From the NCBI GenBank assembly GCA_018055925.1, contig JAGPGQ010000001.1, positions 935 to 64,934 of the forward strand: 64,000 nt of DNA, read 5' to 3'. This document shows, one piece after another, positions 9,062 through 17,967 of this stretch. Source of the DNA: Micropruina sp. Its GTDB lineage: Bacteria; Actinomycetota; Actinomycetes; Propionibacteriales; Propionibacteriaceae. Numbering within the stretch: position 1 is the first letter of the stretch; each line of letters begins with the position of its first letter. The notes beneath the pieces were generated by a model. It was given only the letters and a program-made list of their open reading frames with translations. It had not been told where the DNA came from and made no database searches. A program made the translations under genes and the position numbers.

Positions 9062-9123
9062 CTGCGGTGACACCTGATCGGTGGGCTTTCGTGAGCTGAA
9101 CAGCTACGAAAGGACGGACCGAC

Positions 9124-9873
9124 ATGAGCGTGCAAGACGCACTCGGTATCAGCCCAGACGCGGTTGACCGGATCATCCGGGACCGCTGGCCCGCATGGGC
9201 CGCGGCCCATCCGAAGCTCCCCTCCCAGGTCGACTCGTGTGCACGGCTCCATCGATGGATTCGATCTAGTGCCTCCTGCGACGCCGATGATGTGTTGCGG
9301 ATCATGGCGATGCGGGCGCACATCGACGACTACGACGATCGGGACGCAGCCGCAGTTCTAGCGTTCGTCATGCTTCCGGCTGCCGCACTGATCGCCCACA
9401 AGCTGCGCTCAATGGACCGCGAAATCGACGCCCATGTGGCAGCGCACCTGTGGATCCAGGCAAGGACGACGCCGTGGCGCTCCCGCGGACGCATCGCCAT
9501 CGGCCTGCGCTGGCGGGTCTGGCGCTACGTCGTCCAAGAGCTGTCACCGCCCGAAGGCATTGACGGTGCAGTGCCGGACATCGGCAGCCTGGTGAGGCCG
9601 CAGTCGGACGATCCGCGCTGTGCTGACGATGAAATCTCGGATCTCGTCGCCGTCGCGCGCCGCAGTGGTGATCTGACAAGAGACGATGTCCTGCTTCTGA
9701 TGGCGGTCCTGGACGCCTCCTCGGCTGCGGTTCCGGACAAGGCGCGGGGCGCGGCGCTCCTCGGCGATCGGGTGTCGGATGCGGTTGCGCCTCTGCGCGG
9801 CACGAGCCCACGCAGCGTTCGACGGCGAACCCGGTCATGCATCGAGACCCTCCGCAGGCTCGCCTCCGCCTGA
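9124..9873 (+). CDS. Hypothetical protein with ECF-sigma-like layout (putative regulator)
   Basis: RBS GAAAGGA; C-terminal HTH-like VAPLRGTSPRSVRRRTRSCIETLR. Confidence 0.6.
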   Translation: MSVQDALGISPDAVDRIIRDRWPAWAAAHPKLPSQVDSCARLHRWIRSSASCDADDVLRIMAMRAHIDDYDDRDAAAVLAFVMLPAAALIAHKLRSMDREIDAHVAAHLWIQARTTPWRSRGRIAIGLRWRVWRYVVQELSPPEGIDGAVPDIGSLVRPQSDDPRCADDEISDLVAVARRSGDLTRDDVLLLMAVLDASSAAVPDKARGAALLGDRVSDAVAPLRGTSPRSVRRRTRSCIETLRRLASA

Positions 9874-10168
9874 GGTCGGCGACCGTCGACAAAGTGGTGG
9901 TATCAGGTTATGAGATCCACGGCGAGTCGACTTGACAAGCATATGGTCGACGGAACCTAGTCCAAGGTGGTTGCGTCCGTGAGTCTCGCTCAAGGAGCGG
10001 GCAAGGACCTCGGCGGTGACCACCCGAATCGGGAGTGAGAGCTGATGCTGATGCCATCCCTACAGCTCGGACGGCGAGGGTTGCCCGTCAGGCTGCGTCG
10101 CCCATCCCTGCTGCAGATGCTGTCCGGATCCCGTGGGCCGACGTCCATAAGGCACTGAGGAGGGCAAA

Positions 10169-10786
10169 GTGGGCGTTCACCGACGGATCAGTTGCGCGGC
10201 ACTCGTGCTGTGCGTCTGCCTGGCCTCAGGATGCTCGCCGACACCCTCACCCTCGAGTGGTCCCACAGCCTCTGGCTCAGGGTCGGAGACCACGAACCCA
10301 AGTGTGTCCACGCCCGCTCCCAGTCCGTCGTCCACCTTAAGCACGAATCAAGTCGCTGCGGTCGCCGCGCTGAATGGATACACGCGCGTGTCCAACGAGA
10401 TCGGAGCAGATCCGTCCAAGTTCTCCGCAGCGGAAATGACGAAGACCCTCAGTAAGTACGTCGGCGGAGACATGGTGGAGGCGAGCACGAGCGACTTCAT
10501 GCGCTTGAAGGGCCAGCGATACCGCGTGCTCGGCCTGATCAGGCTCAAGTCCACCGAGGTTGGCCGGGATCACGACACCGGGGATTCGCGCGGCATCGAG
10601 GTGGTTGTGACGGCTTGTCAGGATCAGACCGAGGTTCGAGTGGTGGATAAGTCCGGCAATGTCGTCGAGGCGGAACAACGCAGCATCCCGGACTTCCTCC
10701 TGCGTCAGTACACCATTCTGAAGCCCGAGGGGACGACCCAGTGGCGGATCTATGGAATGGAGACAGTCAAGGGGGCGTGCGGATGA
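10169..10786 (+). CDS. Putative lipoprotein
   Basis: Signal peptide with lipobox-like LASGC, then a Ser/Pro/Thr linker; RBS GAGGAGG. Confidence 0.8.
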   Translation: MGVHRRISCAALVLCVCLASGCSPTPSPSSGPTASGSGSETTNPSVSTPAPSPSSTLSTNQVAAVAALNGYTRVSNEIGADPSKFSAAEMTKTLSKYVGGDMVEASTSDFMRLKGQRYRVLGLIRLKSTEVGRDHDTGDSRGIEVVVTACQDQTEVRVVDKSGNVVEAEQRSIPDFLLRQYTILKPEGTTQWRIYGMETVKGACG

Positions 10787-11589
10787 TCGTCTTCCGCAGG
10801 CGCGCACTAGCTGGCGTCCTTTGTGCCTTCCTCGCCTTGGGGATGCCCACAGCGGCTCGTGCGGATGACAACACGGGCTGCGGGCAACGTACAGAGGCCT
10901 GCAAGATCGTGGTGAAGATCAAGAAGACCATCGGCGGCTCTAACAAGCCGGCCAAGAAGGTCAAGGATGGTGGGTCGGAAAAGTCGTCGTTGCCGACCTG
11001 TGAGGATCTGAATCGTCGCGGGGGTTTGACCGCGCCGCCGCCTGGTGCGGATCGTGCTGAGTGGGTCCAGGTCTCATGCATTGAGGGCGGGCTCCCCATC
11101 ACCCTTTGGGTGCGGCGGACCCAGGCCCAGGTGGATCCCAGTCAGATTGCTCAAACGTTGCTTGCCCGGCTGCAGCTCCGACGCATCTCAATCGGGATGA
11201 CGCCTAAGGGGCCGGATGCGATGGCGCTGGTGGGCCTTCCGGTGTGGCTTTGGGTGGCCGACCCGACGCGGACAAGCTGGGGGCCGGCCACGATCTCTGC
11301 GGGCGGAGTCACATTGACTGCCCGTGTCGACTCCGTGACCTGGTCGCTGGGAGACGGGACCGTGTTGTCGTGTGGCAAGGGATCGGTGTGGAAGCGAGGG
11401 ATGGGCGCCAAGCCGTCTCCAACGTGCGGCCATACCTACACCAGGCGGGGTGTCTACCCGGTGTCTGCCACGACGCATTGGGTGGCGCGATGGTCAGGAC
11501 ATGGCCAGGCCGGGACTGTCCGGCTTGATCTGGTCAGTTCGCGGCGGTTGGAAGTCGGCGAGGTTCAGGTGAATGGGACCGGCGGATGA
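10783..11589 (+). CDS. Secreted Cys-containing protein of the tad-associated type (C-terminal PKD/Ig-like)
   Basis: Signal peptide ending ARA-D; GLPVWLWV, WSLGDG and CGHTY motifs. Confidence 0.75.
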   Translation: MIVFRRRALAGVLCAFLALGMPTAARADDNTGCGQRTEACKIVVKIKKTIGGSNKPAKKVKDGGSEKSSLPTCEDLNRRGGLTAPPPGADRAEWVQVSCIEGGLPITLWVRRTQAQVDPSQIAQTLLARLQLRRISIGMTPKGPDAMALVGLPVWLWVADPTRTSWGPATISAGGVTLTARVDSVTWSLGDGTVLSCGKGSVWKRGMGAKPSPTCGHTYTRRGVYPVSATTHWVARWSGHGQAGTVRLDLVSSRRLEVGEVQVNGTGG

Positions 11590-12278
11590 AGCAGGCAGTA
11601 GGTGAAGGGCGGGTCATGAGCACGATGACCGAAACGACAGATCAGTCGACGAACACGACCCCGCCGGCCGTCGTGGCCAGCGCAGTGAAGCTCCGACGGC
11701 GACCACTGCTCATGGTCGTGGCAGCGGCCCTGATCGTGGCTGGCGGAGGGCTCGGTGCGTTGCTGTGGTCGTCGGCCACCACGAACGCCGAGGTGGTCAT
11801 AGTGCGGGCCAGTGTTGAACGTGGCGAGGTCATTGCCGCGGAGGATCTGGCGACAGTGCGGGTCACGCTGGATCCCGCGCTCCAAACGGTGCCGGGCAGT
11901 GGGCTGCCAGACCTTGTGGGCAAGCGGGCGGCCGCTGACTTAGCTGTCGGCACGCTCCTTGCACCAAGCCAAGTCACCGACATGGTTCTGCCGGCGACAG
12001 GTGAGTCGATGGTGGGCATTGCGGTCGCACCGGGCCTGCTGCCGTCTGAGCCCCTTCGACCTGGTGACGCGGTCCGTTTGGTCCAGACACCCGGTGCGGG
12101 TGGCGAGGTCACGGGCAAGGCGGCGCCGTTCACGATCGACGCCACCGTTGTCAGCGTCACTCAAGGCGATGCCCAGACGATCGTGAATGTCGTGCTGCCG
12201 TCGACGAAGGCGCCGGATCTCGCAGCTCGTGCCGCGACCGGCAAGATCGCCGTCGTCCTCGACTCGCGGGTGCGCTGA
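11586..12278 (+). CDS. SAF-domain protein (CpaB/RcpC-like)
   Basis: Single TM, then a SAF pattern (VERGEVIAAEDL...VGKRAAADLAVGTLL) and LRPGDAV; the start may be one of the downstream Mets. Confidence 0.85.
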   Translation: MKQAVGEGRVMSTMTETTDQSTNTTPPAVVASAVKLRRRPLLMVVAAALIVAGGGLGALLWSSATTNAEVVIVRASVERGEVIAAEDLATVRVTLDPALQTVPGSGLPDLVGKRAAADLAVGTLLAPSQVTDMVLPATGESMVGIAVAPGLLPSEPLRPGDAVRLVQTPGAGGEVTGKAAPFTIDATVVSVTQGDAQTIVNVVLPSTKAPDLAARAATGKIAVVLDSRVR

Positions 12279-12290
12279 GGGAGGTCACCG

Positions 12291-13121
12291 ATGGCACTGA
12301 TAACTCTCGTTTCAGCAGCGGGATCCCCCGGGGTCACGACGACCGCTTTGGGCTTGGCGCTGACGTGGCCGCGCCCGGTGTTGCTGGTCGAGGCGGATCC
12401 CACCGGCGGGTCGGGAATCCTGGCCGGCTACTTCCGCGGCTTGCGCGATCACCCGGGTCTAGTGGATCTCGTGATGGCGGACCGCAGCGGTCTGCTCGCC
12501 GACACACTGCCGCGGATCCTGTTACGAGTCGACGGGACTGATGTGTCGATCCTGGTGGGATCCAAGTCACATGATCAGGCGCCCGGTCTGAGCCGCCTGT
12601 GGGAGCCACTGATGGGTCTGCTGCTGGAGTTGAGCGCATCCGGTCAGGACGTCGTCGTGGATGCTGGTCGTCTCGGGCTGGCGTCTTGGCCGCGTCCACT
12701 GGTGGCGCACAGCGATCTAACCCTGTTGGTGAGCCGCTCGAATCTGGTGAGCCTGGTGGCCGCCCGCTCATGGGCCTCGACGCTCGCCGACGATGTACTG
12801 CCTGCCCACGAGGTTCGGCTACTGCTGGTTGGGGAGGGCCGACGCTACAGCGCCGGTGAGGCATCCCGAACGCTCGGTGTACCAATGCTGGCTTCGGTTG
12901 ATTGGGACCCGGCTCGGGCGTCGGTGTTCAGCGAGGGTGCAGCCAAGCCACGGCCACGTTTTGGTGGGGAGTCGGCGGCGGATCGTGCTTTCAACCACTC
13001 CGGGTACATGGCCAGTCTCCGGGCAGCGGGCGAAGCCATCCGCAAGGTCACAACCCCCTCCAAACGGGACGCCGTACTGCAAGGAATGATCGCGACCCGG
13101 ACCGGAAGGGGAATCTCATGA
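12291..13121 (+). CDS. MinD/ParA-like pilus localisation protein (TadZ/CpaE-like)
   Basis: Deviant P-loop SAAGSPGVTT; LVEADPTGG; VVVDAGR. Confidence 0.8.
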   Translation: MALITLVSAAGSPGVTTTALGLALTWPRPVLLVEADPTGGSGILAGYFRGLRDHPGLVDLVMADRSGLLADTLPRILLRVDGTDVSILVGSKSHDQAPGLSRLWEPLMGLLLELSASGQDVVVDAGRLGLASWPRPLVAHSDLTLLVSRSNLVSLVAARSWASTLADDVLPAHEVRLLLVGEGRRYSAGEASRTLGVPMLASVDWDPARASVFSEGAAKPRPRFGGESAADRAFNHSGYMASLRAAGEAIRKVTTPSKRDAVLQGMIATRTGRGIS

Positions 13122-14662
13122 CCGCCAGCGATCGTCGCGGGGACCCCCTCGACCTGCCGATCTTCGGCTCTCCCGCTGTCGCGCCGGATGCGGCCGGGCG
13201 ACTCCGATCAAGCTTCGAGTTCGATCCCGACACGGCCGTCACTGACACAGCCACCCACCCTGCCCAGCCGCCCTCTCCTCGCAGCACACCAGTCTTGACC
13301 AATCCGGCCACTCTGGTGCGGTCAGGCCCCGAGACGGTTGGTGTTGACTGGCAGCTTGTCGCGAGGATGCGCGCCGAGGTGGCTCGGCGGCTGGCGGATC
13401 AGATGGGTGATGCCCGGTGGTCGGCGGCCGATCAGGAGTCGGAGGGCTGGGCCATTATCCGCCGGCTGCTGGAGGAGCAGGCCGCTGACGCCTTGGCCGA
13501 GTCGGCGCAGCCTCGGGGTTTGGCCGAGCAGGAGATCCTTGGCAAGGCGGTTTTCGACGCGCTGTTCGCGCTCGGCCGACTGCAGCCCCTGATCGACAAC
13601 GACCAGATCGAGAACATCCTGATTAGCGGCTGCGACAAAGTGATCGTGGAATACGCCGATGGCACTCTGGAGCGGATGAGTCCGGTCGCGGACAGCGACG
13701 AGGAACTGGCCGAGTTCCTGGCATTTTTGGCGGCGCGGGCGGAAAATCCGCGCTCGTTCACGATGTCACAGCCATCGTTGCATCTCACGCTCCCGGACGG
13801 TTCTCGATTGGCAGCTGCCCGCGACACCGCCGGCATTTCGGTGGTGATCCGCCGGCATCGCGTTCGCCAGGTCACGCTGAACGATCTAGTGACGTGGGGC
13901 ACCTTGTCACCCACGATGGCCTCATTCCTCAGGGCTGCCGTTCGTGCCCGACTCTCCATCGTGATCAGTGGAGCCCAAGGCGCAGGAAAAACCACCCTGC
14001 TTCGGGCTCTCTGTGCCGAGATTGATCCATGGGAGGTACTGGGGACTTTCGAATCCGAATACGAACTCTTTCTTCACGAGTTGCCACAGCACCACATGGT
14101 TTTTGCTTGGGAGTCTCGGGAGGGATCAGGGGAGTGGGGACCGAGCGGCAAGCTGGCCGGATCTCGCTGCATGGCTGAGCAGATCATCGACAGCTTCCGG
14201 TTCCGACTGGATCGCCAGATTGTCGGTGAGGTCCGCGGAAGCGAAGTCTGGAGTGTCGTCAAGCTGATGGAGTCTGGTTCGGGGTCGATCAGCACCACTC
14301 ATGCCGCGAATGCTCACCGCGCCATCAGCAAGCTGATCACCTGCGCGATGGAAGCTCAGGTCGGTCACGAACTAGCCGCTGCCAAGCTCGGCGAAACCAT
14401 CGATCTAGTAGTTCACCTTGCCTGCATTGTGGTTCCCGGTGGCAGGCACGGGGCGCCGCGAAAGCACCGGTATGTGGAGGAGATCCTGCACGTCTCCCCG
14501 GGAGAACAGCCCCGCGGTTATGCGACCAACACCGTATTCGCACCCGTATCCGCGCATTGTGCGGTTGCCCGCACGCGCCCCGACGAGTTGATGGGCAGGC
14601 TTGTCGAGAGCGGCTTTGACGCGGCCCTGTTTGAAGCCGAGTTGGCGGGGGCCGCCGCATGA
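13118..14662 (+). CDS. tadA: TadA/CpaF pilus assembly ATPase
   Basis: Walker A GAQGAGKTT; IVGEVRG; STTHA. Confidence 0.92.
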   Translation: MTASDRRGDPLDLPIFGSPAVAPDAAGRLRSSFEFDPDTAVTDTATHPAQPPSPRSTPVLTNPATLVRSGPETVGVDWQLVARMRAEVARRLADQMGDARWSAADQESEGWAIIRRLLEEQAADALAESAQPRGLAEQEILGKAVFDALFALGRLQPLIDNDQIENILISGCDKVIVEYADGTLERMSPVADSDEELAEFLAFLAARAENPRSFTMSQPSLHLTLPDGSRLAAARDTAGISVVIRRHRVRQVTLNDLVTWGTLSPTMASFLRAAVRARLSIVISGAQGAGKTTLLRALCAEIDPWEVLGTFESEYELFLHELPQHHMVFAWESREGSGEWGPSGKLAGSRCMAEQIIDSFRFRLDRQIVGEVRGSEVWSVVKLMESGSGSISTTHAANAHRAISKLITCAMEAQVGHELAAAKLGETIDLVVHLACIVVPGGRHGAPRKHRYVEEILHVSPGEQPRGYATNTVFAPVSAHCAVARTRPDELMGRLVESGFDAALFEAELAGAAA

Positions 14663-15534
14663 GTCCGGCTACTCTGTTCGCCGCAGTCGCCGGAGTCCTG
14701 GTGACCGGCGGGATCCTACTGGGCGTGTGGGCGTGGCAACCGCGCCCAGAGCGGCCCACCCGGCCCCATCGCCAGGGTCGGCTGTCGAAATGGTGGGCCC
14801 AGGTGTCTCCCGTCCGGCGGCTGACGATCCTGGCCGCTGCGCTGGTGGGACTCCTGCTTGCGCTGACAACCGGCTGGATGGTTGCTGTGGTGGCCCTACC
14901 TGCTGCAGCGCTGGGGCTACCCACGATCCTGATGTCTTCCGGAGAGGCCCGGTCTCTGGCTCGACTCGGGGCGATCGCGGACTGGACGAGGAACCTGGCA
15001 GGAATTATCACGGCCGGGCAGAAGCTGGAGGGTGCGATCGCCGCGAGCGTGCGATCCACGCCGGAGGAGATCCGGCCCGAGGTGGGCCGCTTGGCCGCAC
15101 GGCTACGGGCACGGTGGTCGACGGAGTCCGCGTTGCGTGCCTTCGCAGACGACTTGCATGACGTCACCGGCGACCTGGTGGCGTCGGCGCTGATCCTGGC
15201 CTCGGCGAAGCGAGGCGATGGACTGTCGCTCATCCTGACGGGACTGGCCGAGTCTGTTTCGGACGCGGTCCGGACGCGGCGGCAACTGGAGGCGGATCGG
15301 GCCAAGCCTCGTGCCGCGGCCCGTGCGATCAGTCTGATCTCGGTTGTGGCGCTGCTGTTGCTGTCGCTGAGCGGCGAGTACCTCGCACCTTACGGAACCG
15401 TGGCCGGCCAACTCGTTCTGGCCGCCCTGCTGTCCCTCTACGCGGCGAACTTGGCCTGGCTGCGCCGGATGTCGCGTCCCGATCTGGGTCATCGTCTGCT
15501 GGGTGCGGAGGCTCGGGCCGGGGCTGGATCATGA
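14659..15534 (+). CDS. tadB: TadB-like (T2SS-F family) membrane protein
   Basis: TM pattern and position after tadA; ALRAFADDL motif. Confidence 0.85.
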   Translation: MSPATLFAAVAGVLVTGGILLGVWAWQPRPERPTRPHRQGRLSKWWAQVSPVRRLTILAAALVGLLLALTTGWMVAVVALPAAALGLPTILMSSGEARSLARLGAIADWTRNLAGIITAGQKLEGAIAASVRSTPEEIRPEVGRLAARLRARWSTESALRAFADDLHDVTGDLVASALILASAKRGDGLSLILTGLAESVSDAVRTRRQLEADRAKPRAAARAISLISVVALLLLSLSGEYLAPYGTVAGQLVLAALLSLYAANLAWLRRMSRPDLGHRLLGAEARAGAGS

Positions 15535-16427
15535 CCGCGCTGCAGCTGTGGATGGTGGCCGGCGTGCTGGCTATGGCAGGTGTGGCCGGCCTGGTGTGGT
15601 ACCTGGCGCCGGCCGAACCAGACTTGGCTGATGTCATGGGCAGGCTGTCACCGCGACGCCCGATGGCTCTCGAACGGCGCACTGATCGCAATGCGCTGAG
15701 CCTCACCGAGCGGGTCGGCTTGTGGATCGTCGAGCGTGCCCCAACCGGCTGGCTCAAGGTTTCGGGACACGACCTGGCCCTGCTGGGTCGCCCGATCCAC
15801 GTGTTCTACGCGGAGAAGCTGCTGATCGTCGCAGCTGCCGTGGTCGCGATCCCGCTGGCGACATCAACGCTGCTGCTGGTCGGGGTGCCCGTGTATGTCC
15901 CAGTGGTGCTCACGGCCGCGGCGGGCTGTCTCGCCTGGTTCTGGCCGAACCAGACTCTGAGAGACAACGCGGCAGCGGCCAGGGCAGAGTTCACTGCCGC
16001 CCTCGGGGCTTACGTCGACTTGGTGGCCCTGGAGCGCAAGTCGGGCGGTTCCGGCATCCGTCAGGCGTTGGAGAATGCCGCCCGTGTTGGTGATTCGTGG
16101 CCATTCCGGCGGATCGCAGACGCGTTGACCCGGAGCCGGCTCGCGGGTATCAGCGCCTGGGACGCGCTGAGCGAACTGGCCGCCGAACTCAACCTTCCTG
16201 ACCTGGACGAGTTCGCTGATCTGATGCGCCTTGCCGGCGAAGAGAGCACACAGGTGTACGACTCGCTGCGCGCCCGATCACGTGAACTGCGCGCCGCGCA
16301 GCTCACCACCGAACTGGCCAAGGCCAACGCCGCCGACGAGCGGATGGCGTTCCCGATCGTGGCCATGACGGTGATCTTCACGATGATCGTCATAGCCCCT
16401 GCACTGTTCCAGCTAGCCCCCGGATAG
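15531..16427 (+). CDS. tadC: TadC-like (T2SS-F family) membrane protein
   Basis: TM pattern; YVDLVALER...LRARSRELR; position in operon. Confidence 0.85.
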   Translation: MTALQLWMVAGVLAMAGVAGLVWYLAPAEPDLADVMGRLSPRRPMALERRTDRNALSLTERVGLWIVERAPTGWLKVSGHDLALLGRPIHVFYAEKLLIVAAAVVAIPLATSTLLLVGVPVYVPVVLTAAAGCLAWFWPNQTLRDNAAAARAEFTAALGAYVDLVALERKSGGSGIRQALENAARVGDSWPFRRIADALTRSRLAGISAWDALSELAAELNLPDLDEFADLMRLAGEESTQVYDSLRARSRELRAAQLTTELAKANAADERMAFPIVAMTVIFTMIVIAPALFQLAPG

Positions 16428-16468
16428 ATCGACAAGCGGAAAAGGAAGCGCTTAGAGGAGGAAAGACA

Positions 16469-16648
16469 ATGATTGAATACATCGCCGCATGGATCGTGAC
16501 ACACATCCCTAGAGCCCGCGACGAGCGAGGTCTCTCCCAGTCCACGGAGAACGCACTGCTCGTGGTCGGAGTCGTCGCCGTGGTCGGCACTCTTATTACC
16601 CTCGTCACTCTCTTCATCAAGGCCAAGCTCGACGTCGGGCTGAAGTAG
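16469..16648 (+). CDS. flp: Flp-type pilin (59 aa; absent from the ORF track)
   Basis: MIEYIAAWIVTHIPRARDERG|LSQSTENALLVVGVVAVVGTLITLVTLFIKAKLDVGLK; RBS GAGGAGG. Confidence 0.85.
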   Translation: MIEYIAAWIVTHIPRARDERGLSQSTENALLVVGVVAVVGTLITLVTLFIKAKLDVGLK

Positions 16649-16655
16649 CGAGCAG

Positions 16656-17084
16656 ATGGTAACGCCTGTGCAGCGACGTCCTTCTCCGACGGCAGCCAAA
16701 ATGCCCGCCGGGAAACGACCATCGCGGGGAGAGTGTGGCGTGGCGTCGGTGCAGATGGCGTTGATCTTCCCCGTGCTCATCGGCGTGATCTGGTTGGGAC
16801 AGAGCGCCGCCCTCTATGTGTATGCGCGAGCTACCGCGCTGAACTCTGCGGCAGCCGGGGTATCCGCGGCTGCGGTGAGAAATGGGACGGTCGGAGATTG
16901 CAGTGCTGCGGCGCACCGCCTGTGGGCCAAGCTGGCCGGAGCACTCACCCAGGTGACGATCACCTGCACCCGCAATGCCACCACCGCCACGGCGACCGTC
17001 ACCGGGCACAGCCCGACCCTGCTGCCCGGCTGGGCACCCATGGTGAGTCAGACCGCTTCCGCGCCGGTGGAGAGGCTGACATGA
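16656..17084 (+). CDS. tadE: TadE-like pseudopilin
   Basis: GECG|VASVQMALIFP prepilin-like leader plus TM. Confidence 0.82.
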   Translation: MVTPVQRRPSPTAAKMPAGKRPSRGECGVASVQMALIFPVLIGVIWLGQSAALYVYARATALNSAAAGVSAAAVRNGTVGDCSAAAHRLWAKLAGALTQVTITCTRNATTATATVTGHSPTLLPGWAPMVSQTASAPVERLT

Positions 17085-17521
17085 ACAGGTCAAAGAGCCG
17101 TGACGAGCGAGGCCTGGCAGACTCGGTCGAGTTGGCGTGCTACGCGCCACTACTGGTGCTGTTCGTCGCGGCGATCATCGTGGCCGGCCGGGTCGTGCTT
17201 GCCCGCCAGTCGGTGGAGGCGGCAGCGGCAGACGCTGCGCGGTCAGCCTCGATCGCTCGCGGAGCCGCCGAGGCGCACACGGCTGCCACTCGGGCTGCGC
17301 TGACGAGCCTGGCCAACCAATCCCTGTCCTGTGCAGCCACCACGGTTGACGCCGATGTCACGGGCTTCTCTGTTCCGGTCGGAACCCGCGCAGCTGTTCA
17401 TGTCCAGGTCACCTGTGACGTGCGCTTGGCGGACCTCTCCATGCCGGGCATTCCAGGCGGCCCCATCCGGGTGCAGGCACGGATGTCCTCGCCCCTGGAT
17501 ACCTACCGGGAACGGCGATGA
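17081..17521 (+). CDS. TadE/F-like pseudopilin
   Basis: RDERG|LADSVELA leader; AAADAARSAS motif. Confidence 0.85.
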   Translation: MNRSKSRDERGLADSVELACYAPLLVLFVAAIIVAGRVVLARQSVEAAAADAARSASIARGAAEAHTAATRAALTSLANQSLSCAATTVDADVTGFSVPVGTRAAVHVQVTCDVRLADLSMPGIPGGPIRVQARMSSPLDTYRERR

Positions 17522-17967
17522 GCACCGATGTGGGCAACGGGCAGCCCCGTGACGAGCGCGGACTGGCGGTCAGCGTGTGGGTGGCGCTCATCGTGCCGCT
17601 GGTGATGCTGTTCATGGGCATCGCTGTCGACCTGTCGGGAAAGGTGGGGGCAATGCGGGAAGCTGACGCGGTGGCCGCGCAGGCCGCTCGGGTTGCTGGT
17701 CAACAGATCGATGCCGACGCCTACATGGAGGACGGGCGCAAGGTGAGAGTGGATCCCGCCCGCGCCCGCGCAGCAGCTCTCCGATACATCGAAAGCAGCG
17801 GCATGACTGGCACGGTCCGCGTCGAATCCAGCAGCCGTCTGATGGTGACCACTACGGCCACCTATCGACCCCGATTCCTCTCCATGCTCGGCGTCGGAGG
17901 CTTGCAGGTGCACGGGGATGCCTTCGTCACCATCATCCGTACCCTCGACGGGCAGGAGCGACGATGA
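17518..17967 (+). CDS. TadG-like pilus protein
   Basis: RDERG|LAVSV leader; GIAVD...AAQAARVA. Confidence 0.82.
   Translation: MSTDVGNGQPRDERGLAVSVWVALIVPLVMLFMGIAVDLSGKVGAMREADAVAAQAARVAGQQIDADAYMEDGRKVRVDPARARAAALRYIESSGMTGTVRVESSSRLMVTTTATYRPRFLSMLGVGGLQVHGDAFVTIIRTLDGQERR

Noticed and set aside
9874-10168. Possible riboswitch or ncRNA ahead of the tad operon
   Set aside because: Some GTCGAC-based symmetry, but no recognisable riboswitch consensus; an Infernal/Rfam scan would be needed.
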